DNA of 40,000 nt from Dongshaea marina (GTDB taxonomy: Bacteria; Pseudomonadota; Gammaproteobacteria; Enterobacterales; Aeromonadaceae), in assembly GCF_003072645.1 (NCBI RefSeq), contig NZ_CP028897.1, forward strand, positions 655,658 through 695,657, given 5' to 3'. Within the stretch, counting starts at the first letter, position 1, and each line of letters opens with the position of its first letter. Made by a program: the position numbers and the translations under genes. Shown here piece after piece: positions 16,043 to 26,965 of the stretch. A model generated the notes under the pieces. The model saw only the letters and a list, made by a program, of their open reading frames with translations. It was not told the origin of the DNA and searched no databases.

Positions 16043-18070
16043 ATGAATCCCATTTTATTATTAGCCTTCTCCGTTGGGTGTTACCTGCTGGCCAGCCTGA
16101 TCTCCCTGTGTGGCAGCTCGTGGGAAAAGCCTGCGGTTAACCTCTCGGGCTGGATTGCAGCCATAGGCGCAGTCCTGGGGGTCATCTCTTCGGGTGCAGT
16201 GATCCTGACCGGAAAGGTGATTAGCACCTCTTTGCCGAGTCCCTTCTATTTTGCTGATTTCACCATCAACATGGATCTGCTTGCAGCCCTGATGGTACTG
16301 GTGATCTCACTGATAGTGCTGGCGGCGTCTATCTACTCTTTGCTTTATATGACAGAGTATGAAGGAAAGGGCGGCTGGGCCATCAGCTTCTTCCTGAACC
16401 TGTTTGTGGCCTCCATGGTTGCCCTGGTGGTTTCAGACAACGCTTTTTACTTCATCGTCTTCTTCGAGATGATGTCTCTGGCTTCCTACTTCCTGGTGCT
16501 GGCTGAGCAGAGTGACAAGAGTGTTCGCGCGGGGATGCAGTATTTCTTCATCGCTCACGCCGGCTCGGTGCTGATCATGATAGCGTTTTTCATGCTATAT
16601 CGTGCTTCGGGCTCCCTGAACTTCTCCTCATTCAGCCACCTGAATCTTCCCGCCTGGGAGTCTTCGGTCATCTTCCTGCTGGCATTCTTTGGCTTTGGCG
16701 CCAAGGCGGGGATGATCCTGCTGCACGGCTGGTTGCCTCAGGCTCACCCGGCGGCCCCTTCTCACGGTTCGGCACTGATGTCGGGCGTGATGGTGAAGAT
16801 TGGTATCTTCGGGATCATCAAGGTTGGCCTGGTATTCCTGGGTGCGACCCAGGCCTGGTGGGGCTACCTGGTGCTGGCATTCGGCGCCGTATCTGCAGTG
16901 CTCGGGGTTCTGTATGCCCTGGCTGAAAATGACATGAAGCGCCTGCTGGCCTACTCGACGGTAGAAAACGTTGGGATCATCCTGATGGGTGTTGGTGTTG
17001 GCATGATCGGAGTGGCGAACAACCATCCGGTACTGGCAGCCCTGGGTATGCTGGGTGCTCTGTATCACCTGCTTAACCATGCGGTCTTCAAGGGACTGGC
17101 GTTCCTTGGGGCTGGATCTGTAATTTTCCGCCTGCACACCAAGGATATGGATAAGATGGGCGGCCTGGGTAAGCGGATGCCATTCACTGCATTTGCCTTC
17201 CTGATCGCGGTTTTGTCCCTTGCAGCACTGCCTCCTCTCAACGGTTTTGTCAGTGAGTGGTTTATCTATCAGTCGCTGTTCTCCATGAGCAAACATGGTA
17301 CGACCATCACTATGATCACTGGTCCGATTGCCATGGTGATGCTAGCGATTACCGGTGCTCTGGCTTGTCTGTGTTTTGTGAAGGTTTATGGTTTGTGCTT
17401 TGGTGGTGCTCCTAAATCTGAGGCGGCGGCAAATGCCAAAGAGGTGGGCTGGCCCATGGTGGTTTCCATGCTGTTTCTGGCGGCGCTGTGTCTGGTGCTG
17501 GGAATCGGCTCTCCCTGGATTGCGCCATTCATTGCGAGCATCGCCAGCACCCTGACCCAGACGGCTTCAATCCAGGTCGCTACCGGCATGTCTCTGCATC
17601 CCGTGAGTGCTTCCCAGGCGATTTTGTCGACGCCGGTCATCACCATCAGCCTGCTGGTTCTGCTGGTTGTTCCTGCTGCTATTTTCTCGGCTTTCCGTGG
17701 ACACAAGCTGCAGCGACGTCATCAGGGCGATCCATGGGCCTGTGGTTACGCTTACGAGCAGCGTATGACAGTAAACTCTTCTGGCCTGGTACAGCCGGTT
17801 CGTCTGATGTTTGCACCTCTGTATCGTCTGCGTGAGCAGCTTGATCCAAGTGGCTGGATGAGCAAGGTTCTGGCGGGTAGCACTGCGGGAGCGGCATGGG
17901 TTGAGCCTATGTTTGACCGTTACCTGGTTCAGCCGGTCTGTCGGGCTGCACTGGGGGTTAGCCGGGGAATCAGCTGGTTACAGGCGGGGGATTTTCGGAT
18001 CTACAGCCTGTACATAGTGATCGCTCTGCTGTTTTTGCTTTTCCTTCCTTTCTTATCAGGAGTTAGCTAA
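16043..18070 (+). CDS. hyfB: hydrogenase-4 component B (NuoL/antiporter-like membrane subunit)
   Basis: 675 aa and highly hydrophobic. WLPQAHPAAPSHGSALMSGVMVK, KRLLAYSTVENVG. Operon position. Confidence 0.9.
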   Translation: MNPILLLAFSVGCYLLASLISLCGSSWEKPAVNLSGWIAAIGAVLGVISSGAVILTGKVISTSLPSPFYFADFTINMDLLAALMVLVISLIVLAASIYSLLYMTEYEGKGGWAISFFLNLFVASMVALVVSDNAFYFIVFFEMMSLASYFLVLAEQSDKSVRAGMQYFFIAHAGSVLIMIAFFMLYRASGSLNFSSFSHLNLPAWESSVIFLLAFFGFGAKAGMILLHGWLPQAHPAAPSHGSALMSGVMVKIGIFGIIKVGLVFLGATQAWWGYLVLAFGAVSAVLGVLYALAENDMKRLLAYSTVENVGIILMGVGVGMIGVANNHPVLAALGMLGALYHLLNHAVFKGLAFLGAGSVIFRLHTKDMDKMGGLGKRMPFTAFAFLIAVLSLAALPPLNGFVSEWFIYQSLFSMSKHGTTITMITGPIAMVMLAITGALACLCFVKVYGLCFGGAPKSEAAANAKEVGWPMVVSMLFLAALCLVLGIGSPWIAPFIASIASTLTQTASIQVATGMSLHPVSASQAILSTPVITISLLVLLVVPAAIFSAFRGHKLQRRHQGDPWACGYAYEQRMTVNSSGLVQPVRLMFAPLYRLREQLDPSGWMSKVLAGSTAGAAWVEPMFDRYLVQPVCRAALGVSRGISWLQAGDFRIYSLYIVIALLFLLFLPFLSGVS

Positions 18071-19023
18071 TGCACGCACTTGAAATGCCGAGCGCCGGAT
18101 GGATTGCATTAGCGATTATCCAGGCTCTGTTGATGTTACTGCTGGCGCCCCTGGCGACCGGCTTCTCGCGGGTGATCCGCGCTAAGATGCACTCCCGGAA
18201 AGGACCTGGTGTCCTGCAGGATTACCGGGACATCATCAAGCTGTTACGCCGCCAGTCGGTCGCTCCGGCAAATGCCGGGATGATCTTCTGGATCACCCCC
18301 TGGGTGCTGGTGGTGACCATGCTGCTGATCGGAATGGCACTGCCAACCATCACGCAAACCTCACCTTTCCCGATTGCCGGTGATGTGATCACCGACATCT
18401 ATCTGCTGGCGATCTTCCGCTTCTTCTTCTCGCTGTCGGGGATCGACTCCAACAGCATGTTTGGTGGAATCGGTAGTGGTCGTGAGCTGACCCTGGGTGT
18501 TCTGGTTGAGCCTATCTTCCTGCTCTCTATCTTCGTGATGGCGATTGTCGTTGGCTCGACGGATCTGGGTTACATCAGTGAAGGTATGGTGACTCACTTC
18601 TTCCAGTGGCCGGTTGTGACTCTGCTGGCGGGTATCGCCTGTGGATTCGCCGTGTTTGTCGAGATGGGCCGACTGCCTTTCGATAGCGCCGAAGCCGAGC
18701 AGGAGCTGCAGGAAGGTCCTATCACTGAGTACTCTGGTTCTGGTCTTGCGATGATGGAGCTGGGCCTGGGGCTGAAGAAACTGATTGTGGCACAGCTGTT
18801 CCTGGCGATCTTTATTCCCTGGGGTAAGGCAACTGAGCTGAGCCTGGGAAGTTTGGCTCTGGCGGCGGTGATCCTGTTTATCAAAATGGTGGTAGTGCTG
18901 CTGCTGTGCGGTTGGGTTGAAAACAGTATGGCCCGTGTGCGCTTCTTGAAAGTCCATCGCCTGACCTGGTCTGCATTTGCTTTTGCAATCCTGGCACTGG
19001 CGTTCTTTGTAATTGGCTCATAG
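18070..19023 (+). CDS. hyfC: hydrogenase-4 component C (NuoH-like)
   Basis: 317 aa. ATG overlaps the hyfB stop (TAATG). RLPFDSAEAEQELQEGPITEYSG motif. Confidence 0.9.
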   Translation: MHALEMPSAGWIALAIIQALLMLLLAPLATGFSRVIRAKMHSRKGPGVLQDYRDIIKLLRRQSVAPANAGMIFWITPWVLVVTMLLIGMALPTITQTSPFPIAGDVITDIYLLAIFRFFFSLSGIDSNSMFGGIGSGRELTLGVLVEPIFLLSIFVMAIVVGSTDLGYISEGMVTHFFQWPVVTLLAGIACGFAVFVEMGRLPFDSAEAEQELQEGPITEYSGSGLAMMELGLGLKKLIVAQLFLAIFIPWGKATELSLGSLALAAVILFIKMVVVLLLCGWVENSMARVRFLKVHRLTWSAFAFAILALAFFVIGS

Positions 19024-19035
19024 GGGCAAAAGAAT

Positions 19036-20483
19036 ATGGAAATGATTGGGTTATTTACCATATTGGTGCCTTTTATTGGTGCCCTCATCACCATTGCGGT
19101 CCCGAAACAGTCCGCGAAATGGGTTTGTCAGCTGTTTGCTGCATTGGCTACTCTGGGTACCTTTGCACTGGCCTACAGCTTCTTCCAGCAGGGTGGGGTT
19201 GCGACCTCGATTCCACTGCTGTCGATCGGTAAGGTTCTGATCTTCGGTCTGACCATAGATAAGGTCAGCACCCTGATCGCCCTGGCGGTTGTCGCCCTGG
19301 GACTTATCGTCACACTCTACTCCCTGGGCTATATGAGCATGGGGAACAAGGAGCACCCGGGAGAAGGGGCGCCACGTTATTATGCGTTCCTGCTGATCTT
19401 TATCGGTGCGATGGCGGGCCTGGTGCTCTCATCCACCATCCTGGGTCAACTGCTGTTCTTCGAGATCACTGGTGCCTGTTCCTGGTCGCTGATCAGCTAC
19501 TACCAGAAGCCGATCGCCTTCCGCTCGGCTCTGAAGGCTCTGATCGTGACGCACATCGCTTCACTGGGTCTGTTCCTGGCGGCGGCTGTGCTGTTTACCC
19601 AGACCGGAACCTTCGAACTGACCGCGATTGCCGGCCTCTCTCCTGTATTCAAGATGATCGTGATCTTCGGCATCATGTTTGCGGCCTGGGGTAAGTCGGC
19701 TCAGCTACCTATGCATATGTGGCTGCCGGATGCGATGAATGCACCGACTCCTGTCAGTGCCTACCTGCACGCGGCATCCATGGTTAAAGTGGGTGTGTAT
19801 ATCTTTGCCCGGGCCCTGCTGTCCGGTGGTCAGATCCCTGAGATCGTGGGGGTTGTCGGCATCATAGGTGCCATGGTTACCATGATCTATGGCTTCATGA
19901 TGTACCTGCCACAAAAAGATATGAAGCGTCTGCTGGCTTACTCGACCATTGCTCAGCTGGCCTATATCTTCCTGGCGCTGTCTCTGTCGGTGTTCCATAC
20001 GGATAGTTCTGATCTGGCGCTTAAGAGTGGTATCTACTACATCTTTAACCACGCCTTTGCCAAGAGCCTGTTCTTCCTGGTTGCCGGTACCCTGAGCTAT
20101 ACCTGTGGTACCCGGATGCTGCCTCAGCTCAAGGGATTATCCGCAAGTCACCTCTGCTGGGGGTTGGCTTCTGTGTGGCCGCGATGGCTATTTCAGGTGT
20201 ACCACCGTTCAACGGTTTCTTCAGTAAGTTCCCGCTGTTTGTCGCAGGTTTTGATATCTCATCTGCGCATCACTGGCTGACACCACTGCTGATCCTGGCT
20301 CTGGTTGAGTCTGTAGCCAGCTTCGCCTGGTTGCTGTACTGGTTCGGTAAGACTGTGGTGGGCGAGCCATCTGAAGAGGTACGTAACGCTTCACCGGTTC
20401 CTATGTCGATGAAGCTGGTACTGATTGTACTGATCGTGATGTCCCTGTTCTCAAGTGTCATCGCTTCTGCGTGGCTCAACTAA
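19036..20483 (+). pseudogene. hyfD: hydrogenase-4 component D (NuoM/N-like), one 1-nt frameshift as assembled
   Basis: ORFs 19036-20280 and 20175-20483 are in different frames. Adding one G to the GGG at 20133-20135 gives ...PQLKGIIRKSPLLGVGFCVAAMAISGVPPFNGFFSKF... (482 aa). Confidence 0.85.
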
Positions 20484-20495
20484 GGAAGCTGAACG

Positions 20496-21140
20496 ATGGA
20501 TTTACTGATAAACAACCTGGCAGGTTTGCTGATCGTCACCTCATTTTTTGTGATAGTGGCGCGCAAGGCGAAAACCGCAGCCTGCCTTTATTCGCTTCAG
20601 TCACTGGTGTTGATTGGAGTGTTTTGTGCCATCGCCTACCGCTATGGCGCCGAGTCTCTGTATGAGTGGTCTATTACCGCCTTTATCACCAAGGTGGTCG
20701 TATTGCCGGCGATTCTCTACTGGCAGTTTGGCAAGATGCAGGATCCTGCGGCGGAGAAGCCTCTGCTACCGGTGGCCGTGATCGCACTGATTACCGCGGT
20801 GATCGTGGTGGTATGTCTGCATGCGGTGCAGGCAGTGAAGCTGCCTATGGTTGCCGATCTTAAGCCGGTACTGGCGGTCTCGCTTGGCCACTTCTTCATG
20901 GGGCTTTTGTGCATCGTTTGCCAGCGCAACATCCTCAAGCAGGTATTTGGTTACTGCCTGATGGAGAATGGTTCTTCGCTGATGCTGGGGCTGCTGGCTC
21001 ACAAGGCGCCACACCTGATGGAGATCGGAATCACTGTGGATGCGATTTTCGCGGTGATCGTGATGATTATTTTGGCCCGTTTGATCTTCTCCAAGCTTAA
21101 CACCCTGGATGTCAAACAACTCAAAATGTTGAAAGGTTAA
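20496..21140 (+). CDS. hyfE: hydrogenase-4 component E (membrane)
   Basis: 214 aa, hydrophobic. RBS AAGGAAG. Operon position. Confidence 0.85.
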   Translation: MDLLINNLAGLLIVTSFFVIVARKAKTAACLYSLQSLVLIGVFCAIAYRYGAESLYEWSITAFITKVVVLPAILYWQFGKMQDPAAEKPLLPVAVIALITAVIVVVCLHAVQAVKLPMVADLKPVLAVSLGHFFMGLLCIVCQRNILKQVFGYCLMENGSSLMLGLLAHKAPHLMEIGITVDAIFAVIVMIILARLIFSKLNTLDVKQLKMLKG

Positions 21141-21145
21141 GAGGC

Positions 21146-22723
21146 ATGATGTCATTTAGTACGTTATATCCCTATTTGCTCGGCGTGCCTTTTGTCGCAG
21201 CATTGATTGGGTTGGCTTGTTCAGCTCAAAAAGGCAACAATGGCCATCGCTTCGCTATCACGGCTCATACCATCAGTATTGTGGTGGTGTTTGTTCTGTC
21301 GATGATGCTGGCGCTGAGTGTATTCAAGCATGGTGCTCTCTACTCCCCCGGGAAGTGGCTGATGCTCGATAGCCTGTCGGCCCTGTTTATGGCGGTACTC
21401 AGTATCGTTGCCCTGATGACGGGGATCCACTCCCTGGGCTATATCGGGCATGAGCATAAACATGGTGAGATGAGCAGCCGTCAGGTTAGCTTGTTCTATG
21501 GGCTGTTTAACCTGTTCCTGACCACCATGCTGGTATCCGTGGTGTCTAACAACCTGATCCTGATGTGGGTGGCGATCGAAGCTACCACCATCAGCTCTGT
21601 GTTCCTGGTTGGCCTCTACTGTCAGCGCTCCTCTCTGGAAGGGGCCTGGAAGTACATCATGCTGTGTAGCATCGGGGTGGCATTCGGCCTGTTCGGCACT
21701 GTGCTGACCTATGCGAATGCGGCGGCGGTATTCAACGACCCATCCCAGGCTCTGTTGTGGAGTGTGGTGCGGGATCATGCCAAGCTGCTGGATCCGGCAC
21801 TGATGCAGATCGCTTTTGTATTCATAGTGATCGGCTTTGGGACCAAGGTCGGCCTGTTCCCTATGCACACCTGGCTGCCAGATGCACACTCTGAGGCGCC
21901 AAGCCCTGTGAGTGCACTGCTGTCGGCCGGTCTTCTGAACTGTGCCCTGCTGGTGATCCTGCGCCATTTCATTATCGACTCTGAGGTGTTGGGCAGTGAG
22001 TTTACCCGCAACATCCTGCTTGGCTTCGGTCTGCTGTCGGTAGCTGTTGCTGCCTTCTTTATCCTGGTTCAGCGGGATGTGAAGCGCCTGCTGGCTTACT
22101 CCAGTGTGGAGAACATGGGTCTGATTACCTTTGCGGTTGCCCTGGGGCCACTTGGGATCTTTGCGGCGATGCTGCATGTGATCAACCACAGTCTGGGCAA
22201 GACCCTGATGTTCTGTGGTGCCGGTAACGTGATGCTCAAGTACGGGACCCGGGATATCAGCATCATCAAGGGTGTGGTTCGGGTTGCTCCCTGGACCGGG
22301 ATCATGTTCGGTGCCGGAGCCCTGGCGCTGGGTGGTGTTCCGCCGTTTAACCTGTTCATCAGTGAGTTTTTGATTGTGTGTTCAGGTATTTTCACTCATC
22401 ATCCGGTGCTGACAATTGTATTGCTGCTGGTACTGACCGTGGTATTGGCCGGTTTGGCGCGCCTGGTTGCCAGCTGTGTGCTGGGTAAGGCGCCTGAGCA
22501 TGTAGAGAAGGGTGAAGTGAACGTCCTGACCGTGGTGCCTCTGGTGGTGCTGATCCTGCTGATGCTGGTCATGGGAACTCATATCCCTGAGGTCGTGCTG
22601 CATGGTCTGGATAGTGCAGCCCAGGTGGTGACCAATAATCCGGGTCACAGTGTGCTTGAGAGCCTGAATCTGCCATGGCAGACGGCTTCAACAGCTGCAA
22701 ATATTACTCCCCTAACGCATTGA
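21146..22723 (+). CDS. hyfF: hydrogenase-4 component F (NuoN/M-like)
   Basis: 525 aa. HTWLPDAHSEAPSPVSALLS, KRLLAYSSVENMG. Confidence 0.9.
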   Translation: MMSFSTLYPYLLGVPFVAALIGLACSAQKGNNGHRFAITAHTISIVVVFVLSMMLALSVFKHGALYSPGKWLMLDSLSALFMAVLSIVALMTGIHSLGYIGHEHKHGEMSSRQVSLFYGLFNLFLTTMLVSVVSNNLILMWVAIEATTISSVFLVGLYCQRSSLEGAWKYIMLCSIGVAFGLFGTVLTYANAAAVFNDPSQALLWSVVRDHAKLLDPALMQIAFVFIVIGFGTKVGLFPMHTWLPDAHSEAPSPVSALLSAGLLNCALLVILRHFIIDSEVLGSEFTRNILLGFGLLSVAVAAFFILVQRDVKRLLAYSSVENMGLITFAVALGPLGIFAAMLHVINHSLGKTLMFCGAGNVMLKYGTRDISIIKGVVRVAPWTGIMFGAGALALGGVPPFNLFISEFLIVCSGIFTHHPVLTIVLLLVLTVVLAGLARLVASCVLGKAPEHVEKGEVNVLTVVPLVVLILLMLVMGTHIPEVVLHGLDSAAQVVTNNPGHSVLESLNLPWQTASTAANITPLTH

Positions 22724-22738
22724 TAGAGAGAATGTTGA

Positions 22739-24478
22739 ATGGAAACGTTTGAACAAAATTCCCAACAACGACCAGGTAAGAACTACGTTGAGGGGATTCG
22801 CCATTACTTCCCATCCGCCATTCTTGATGAGGAGTGGCAGGCTGATAACCAGGTGACAGTCACAGTTAAAATGACCTCCCTGATGGAGGTGATGTGCTGG
22901 TTGTATCACGACCAGGGCGGTTGGCTGACCGTCTCTTTTGCCAACGATGAGCGTAGTCTCAACGGCTATTATGGGGTGTATCACGCCCTGTCGATGGAAG
23001 GCCAGGCGCAAAAGTGCTTTGTCACCATCAAGGTGCTGGTAGATGCGAACAGCCTTGAGTTTGTCTCTGTCACGCCTAAGATCCCGGCTGCGGTCTGGGG
23101 TGAGCGTGAGATTCGCGACATGTATGGCTTGCGTCCTGTTGGCTTGCCCGATGAGCGTCGACTGGTACTGCCCGATGACTGGCCCGAAGATCTGCATCCA
23201 CTGCGTAAGGATGCGATGGATTACCGTCAGCGTCCTGCACCCACCACAGAGACCGAAACATACGAGTTTGATAACCAGCTCGGTGATGATAGCAACAGTA
23301 TTGTTCCTGTCGGCCCTCTGCATATCACCTCAGATGAGCCGGGTCACTTCCGGCTGTTTGTCGATGGTGAAGATATTGTGGATGCGGACTACCGGATGTT
23401 CTATGTCCACCGTGGCATGGAGAAGCTGGCTGAAACCCGTATGGGTTATAACGAGGTCACCTTCCTGACCGACCGTATTTGCGGCATCTGTGGCTTTACT
23501 CACAGCGTTGGCTACAGCAACAGTGTTGAGACCGCACTGCAGGTTCAGGTTCCTGAGCGTGCCAAGATGATCCGGACCATACTGCTTGAGGTTGAGCGCC
23601 TGCACAGCCACATGCTGAACATTGGCCTGTCGAGTCACTTTATCGGCTTTGACTCAGGCTTTATGCAGTTCTTCCGGGTTCGTGAAAAGACCATGGAGCT
23701 GGCAGAGATCCTGACCGGTGCCCGTAAAACTTACGGCATGAACCTCATTGGTGGGGTGCGTCGCGATATCCTTAAGGAGCAGCGACTCAAGGGGATCGCC
23801 GTGGTGCGTGAGGTTCGCCAGGCCTACAGCGAGTTGGTAGAGATGTTGCTGGCGACTCCTAACCTCGAAAGCCGTATCGCTGGTGTCGGGATCCTGGCTC
23901 AGGATGTTGCCCGTGACTATAGCCCGGTTGGTCCTGTGGTTCGCGCCAGCGGATTCCAGCGCGATGTTCGTACCAACTATGCGTCCAGCTTCGAGTCTTA
24001 TGGCGAAGTTCCGATGGAGCTGCAATATGAGAACTCAGGTGATGTGAAAGGGCGAGTGCTGGTTCGGGTTCGTGAGACCTATGATTCTCTGAACATCGTT
24101 GAGCATGGTCTGACTAATCTTCCGGAAGGTCCGATCCTTACCGAAGACTTTGAATATGTGCCGAACAAATATGCCCTGGGCTATACCGAGGCACCGCGTG
24201 GTGAAAACATGCACTGGAGCATGCTGGGAGATAACCAGAAGCTGTATCGCTGGCGTGCCCGCGCCGCGACCTATGCGAACTGGCCTCCACTGCGTTACAT
24301 GCTGCGTGGCAACCAGGTTGCCGACGCACCATTGATCATCGGCAGCCTGGATCCATGTTACTCCTGTACCGACCGGGTCACCATTGTCGATACCAAGAAG
24401 AAGCGCAGCAAAACCATCCCTTACAAGGCGATTGAGCAGTACAGTGTTAACCGCAAGAACTCACCACTGAAGCTATAA
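22739..24478 (+). CDS. hyfG: hydrogenase-4 large (NiFe) subunit, NuoC-NuoD-like fusion
   Basis: 579 aa. NiFe ligand motifs RICGICGFTHS and DPCYSCTDR, followed by a 33-aa C-terminal tail of the kind removed by HycI. Confidence 0.93.
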   Translation: METFEQNSQQRPGKNYVEGIRHYFPSAILDEEWQADNQVTVTVKMTSLMEVMCWLYHDQGGWLTVSFANDERSLNGYYGVYHALSMEGQAQKCFVTIKVLVDANSLEFVSVTPKIPAAVWGEREIRDMYGLRPVGLPDERRLVLPDDWPEDLHPLRKDAMDYRQRPAPTTETETYEFDNQLGDDSNSIVPVGPLHITSDEPGHFRLFVDGEDIVDADYRMFYVHRGMEKLAETRMGYNEVTFLTDRICGICGFTHSVGYSNSVETALQVQVPERAKMIRTILLEVERLHSHMLNIGLSSHFIGFDSGFMQFFRVREKTMELAEILTGARKTYGMNLIGGVRRDILKEQRLKGIAVVREVRQAYSELVEMLLATPNLESRIAGVGILAQDVARDYSPVGPVVRASGFQRDVRTNYASSFESYGEVPMELQYENSGDVKGRVLVRVRETYDSLNIVEHGLTNLPEGPILTEDFEYVPNKYALGYTEAPRGENMHWSMLGDNQKLYRWRARAATYANWPPLRYMLRGNQVADAPLIIGSLDPCYSCTDRVTIVDTKKKRSKTIPYKAIEQYSVNRKNSPLKL

Positions 24479-24487
24479 GGGGGATGT

Positions 24488-25036
24488 GTGTTTAAGCTTT
24501 TAAAAACCGTTATCAAAACCGGAGCCTGTACTGAAAAGTATCCTTTTGCTCCGATCGAGATCGCCCCGGACTTTCGTGGTAAGCCTGAGCTGGAAGCCTC
24601 TCAGTGTATCTCCTGTGCGGCCTGTGCCCGGGCTTGCCCGGCCAACGCACTGGTGATGGAGACCGATGCCAAGGCCGGGACTCGTCGCTGGGAGCTGTCG
24701 ACGGCGCGCTGCATCTATTGTGGTCGCTGTGAAGAGGTATGCCCAACCAAGGCGATTAAGTTGTCGCCGAACTTTGAGCTGGCCGTGACCAACAAGGCGG
24801 ACCTCTACGAGGAAGCCGTGTTTAAGCTGGCTGACTGCGTCAACTGTGGTACGCCGTTTGTTGCCCAAAAACTGCTGGATTATGTGCTGGATACCCTCAA
24901 GCATGCAGGTCTGTCAGAGGATCAGCTGGAGATGAGTCTCCAGCAGCTGCAAACCTGTCCAGCCTGCCGCAGGGCTGACAACATGCTCGACGGCGAGAAT
25001 ATCTGTCATCAGCGTCATCTTGAGGAGGATATGTGA
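24488..25036 (+). CDS. hyfH: hydrogenase-4 component H, 2x[4Fe-4S]
   Basis: GTG start. [12 protein letters not shown] and [12 protein letters not shown] motifs. 182 aa. Confidence 0.9.
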   Translation: MFKLLKTVIKTGACTEKYPFAPIEIAPDFRGKPELEASQCISCAACARACPANALVMETDAKAGTRRWELSTARCIYCGRCEEVCPTKAIKLSPNFELAVTNKADLYEEAVFKLADCVNCGTPFVAQKLLDYVLDTLKHAGLSEDQLEMSLQQLQTCPACRRADNMLDGENICHQRHLEEDM

Positions 25037-25845
25037 AAGGAATAAAACAGCTGGTAGGTTCCGATCATACCCAGACCGAACCCCTAGTCCTGGATCCTAA
25101 TAGCGCCAAGCTGAAAGGGACCCTGCTCAAGGAGATCAAGCGCTCGGCCTATGTTTACCGGGTTGACTGTGGTGGCTGTAACGCCTGTGAGATCGAGATC
25201 TTTGCGGCAACCACCCCCATTTTTGACACCGAGCGATTCGGCATCAAGGTGGTCGCTTCTCCACGCCATGCGGACATTCTGCTGTTTACCGGTGCGGTGA
25301 CCCGTGCGATGCGAGCTCCGGCGCTGCGTGCCTATGAGGCGGCGCCCGATCCTAAGATCGTGGTTTCCTATGGCGCCTGTGGTTGTGATGGCGGGATCTT
25401 CCACGACCTCTACTGCGTATGGAGTGGCACCGACAAGATTGTTCCTGTGGATGTGTATATTCCGGGTTGTCCTCCAACCCCGGCTGCTACCATTTATGGC
25501 TTTGCGGTGGCTCTGGGTCTTCTGGATCAGAAGCTCAAGGCTAAGGACCACGAGCCAGAGGCTGAGCGTGCGAGTCTCAAGCACACCGGGATCCCTCAGG
25601 ATATCAAGGTGATGATTGAGACCGAGGCTCGTTTGCTGGCTGGTTATCGTCAGGGTCAGGATATTGCGGATGAGCTGATGGAGGTCCTGGCTGACAGCAC
25701 CTCAGAGACTGTAGATCAAAAGGTGGGTGAGTATCTGAAGGCGAAGGATGATCCGCGCCTGAGCGAGATAGTTCACCTGTTGCTTGGTAAAACCATGACC
25801 GCTTTAACCGGTCAGAGTGGAGCTCCCTGTAATGGCTGCAAGTGA
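25033..25845 (+). CDS. hyfI: hydrogenase-4 small subunit (NuoB-like)
   Basis: GTG overlaps the hyfH stop. [20 protein letters not shown] and PGCPPTP cluster ligands. About 50 extra C-terminal residues. Confidence 0.9.
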   Translation: MKGIKQLVGSDHTQTEPLVLDPNSAKLKGTLLKEIKRSAYVYRVDCGGCNACEIEIFAATTPIFDTERFGIKVVASPRHADILLFTGAVTRAMRAPALRAYEAAPDPKIVVSYGACGCDGGIFHDLYCVWSGTDKIVPVDVYIPGCPPTPAATIYGFAVALGLLDQKLKAKDHEPEAERASLKHTGIPQDIKVMIETEARLLAGYRQGQDIADELMEVLADSTSETVDQKVGEYLKAKDDPRLSEIVHLLLGKTMTALTGQSGAPCNGCK

Positions 25846-26266
25846 TTCCAGACACCTTGCCGGTAAAGTCTATTTTTATAGCCTGAGCCGCAAGTTTGTT
25901 GATGAAAACTATGATGTACCCGATGAAGCCAAGCAGATCATGTATTACAGCCTGGCGATCGGTCATCACCTGGGGATTGTCGACTGTCTGAATTCTGTGC
26001 TTGAGTGTCAGGGCCAGGAGTACCTTGAGTGGATCGAGGGGCTGGATAAAGAGAGTGAGGCCTATCGTAAGATGCATGGCTTCCTGATGTTTGGTGAGAT
26101 CACCATCTATCCCGAGCATATCCATATGCTTGCCTGTGCCTTTGATGCGATCCCACAGGACTCCCAGAGTGAGATCTCCAGGCAGCTCACTAAGGGTTTT
26201 ATCGATGCGCTGGGAGCGATTCATCGTGAACCCACCATGTATCTGATGATCCGGGGTGGCAAATGA
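25832..26266 (+). CDS. hyfJ: HyfJ/HycH-type hydrogenase maturation factor
   Basis: [41 protein letters not shown] parallels E. coli HycH. ATG 25832 (alternative GTG 25817) overlaps the hyfI end. Confidence 0.85.
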   Translation: MAASDSRHLAGKVYFYSLSRKFVDENYDVPDEAKQIMYYSLAIGHHLGIVDCLNSVLECQGQEYLEWIEGLDKESEAYRKMHGFLMFGEITIYPEHIHMLACAFDAIPQDSQSEISRQLTKGFIDALGAIHREPTMYLMIRGGK

Positions 26267-26721
26267 GCAAGCAGATTGTTCTCACTGTGGGCAACAGCAT
26301 GATGGGGGATGATGGTGCTGGCCCCCTGCTGGCCAAGATGATGAAAGAGCAGCCTGTCGAAGGATGGGAAGTGATGGAGGGAGGGGCGATGCCCGAAGAC
26401 TGCCTGCATCTCATCCGGGCTGAGCAGCCACAGCGAGTGTTGGTGGTGGATGCGGCAGATATAGGTGAGAAGGCCGGAGAGATCCGGATCATCGATCCCG
26501 AGACCATTGCCGATATGTATGTGGTGTCGACCCATAGTCTGCCGCTTAACTTTCTCATTGATGAGCTCAAGACCTTCGTTCCCGAGGTGATCTTTGTCGG
26601 GATCCAGCCCGCGATCGTTGCTTTCTCTGCTCCATTGACCGAGATGGTACAGAGCGCCGTCGAGACCCTGTATAGCCGTTTACCCGGCTGGCAGGGGGGT
26701 GGAGGCTTTGAGCACTGCTAG
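26263..26721 (+). CDS. hycI: hydrogenase 3/4 maturation endopeptidase
   Basis: 152 aa. LTVGNSMMGDDGAGPLLA, GEIRIIDPE, THSLPLNFLIDEL. Confidence 0.92.
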   Translation: MSKQIVLTVGNSMMGDDGAGPLLAKMMKEQPVEGWEVMEGGAMPEDCLHLIRAEQPQRVLVVDAADIGEKAGEIRIIDPETIADMYVVSTHSLPLNFLIDELKTFVPEVIFVGIQPAIVAFSAPLTEMVQSAVETLYSRLPGWQGGGGFEHC

Positions 26722-26758
26722 TGCCAGGCTAAGTGACGACCGACGGCGCTTAGTCTGC

Positions 26759-26784
26759 CGACACTTTTGACGAAAGATGTCGAA
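26759..26784 (+). promoter_or_regulatory. candidate FhlA upstream activator site of hydN-fdhF
   Basis: CGACACTTTTGACGAAAGATGTCGAA. It holds inverted CGACA/TGTCG half-sites, GACACTTTT as before focA, and the same CGAAAGATGT 10-mer as before hyfA. About 105-130 bp upstream of the sigma-54 promoter. Confidence 0.5.
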
Positions 26785-26807
26785 GCGCGCTGTCAGGGGA
26801 ATCAACA

Positions 26808-26831
26808 GACCCGGTGAAAGCCGGGTTTTTT
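26808..26831 (+). terminator. rho-independent terminator after hycI
   Basis: (GA)CCCGG-TGAAAG-CCGGG(TT) followed by a T-run ending at 26831. Confidence 0.75.
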
Positions 26832-26887
26832 CTCATTTAGTCTTAAAATTCAATACATTGCTTTCATATATCGTCACTGGTAATAGT

Positions 26888-26903
26888 TGGCATGATATAT
26901 GCT
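26888..26903 (+). promoter_or_regulatory. sigma-54 promoter of hydN-fdhF
   Basis: TGGCATGATATATGCT, with GG/GC spacing identical to the hyfA promoter. Confidence 0.7.
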
Positions 26904-26965
26904 TGTTAATCTGTCGAAGTCGCAGTCATGGGCTTCGATGTATCGACATGAACAAGGGATACACC

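Noticed and set aside
26777-26965. The N-terminal 63-aa extension of the hydN ORF, and similarly the TTG start 15394 of hyfA.
   Set aside because: The extension overlaps the hycI terminator and the sigma-54 promoter. Homology starts at MNRFVFADP (ATG 26966 with RBS). The hyfA TTG lies inside the -12 element.
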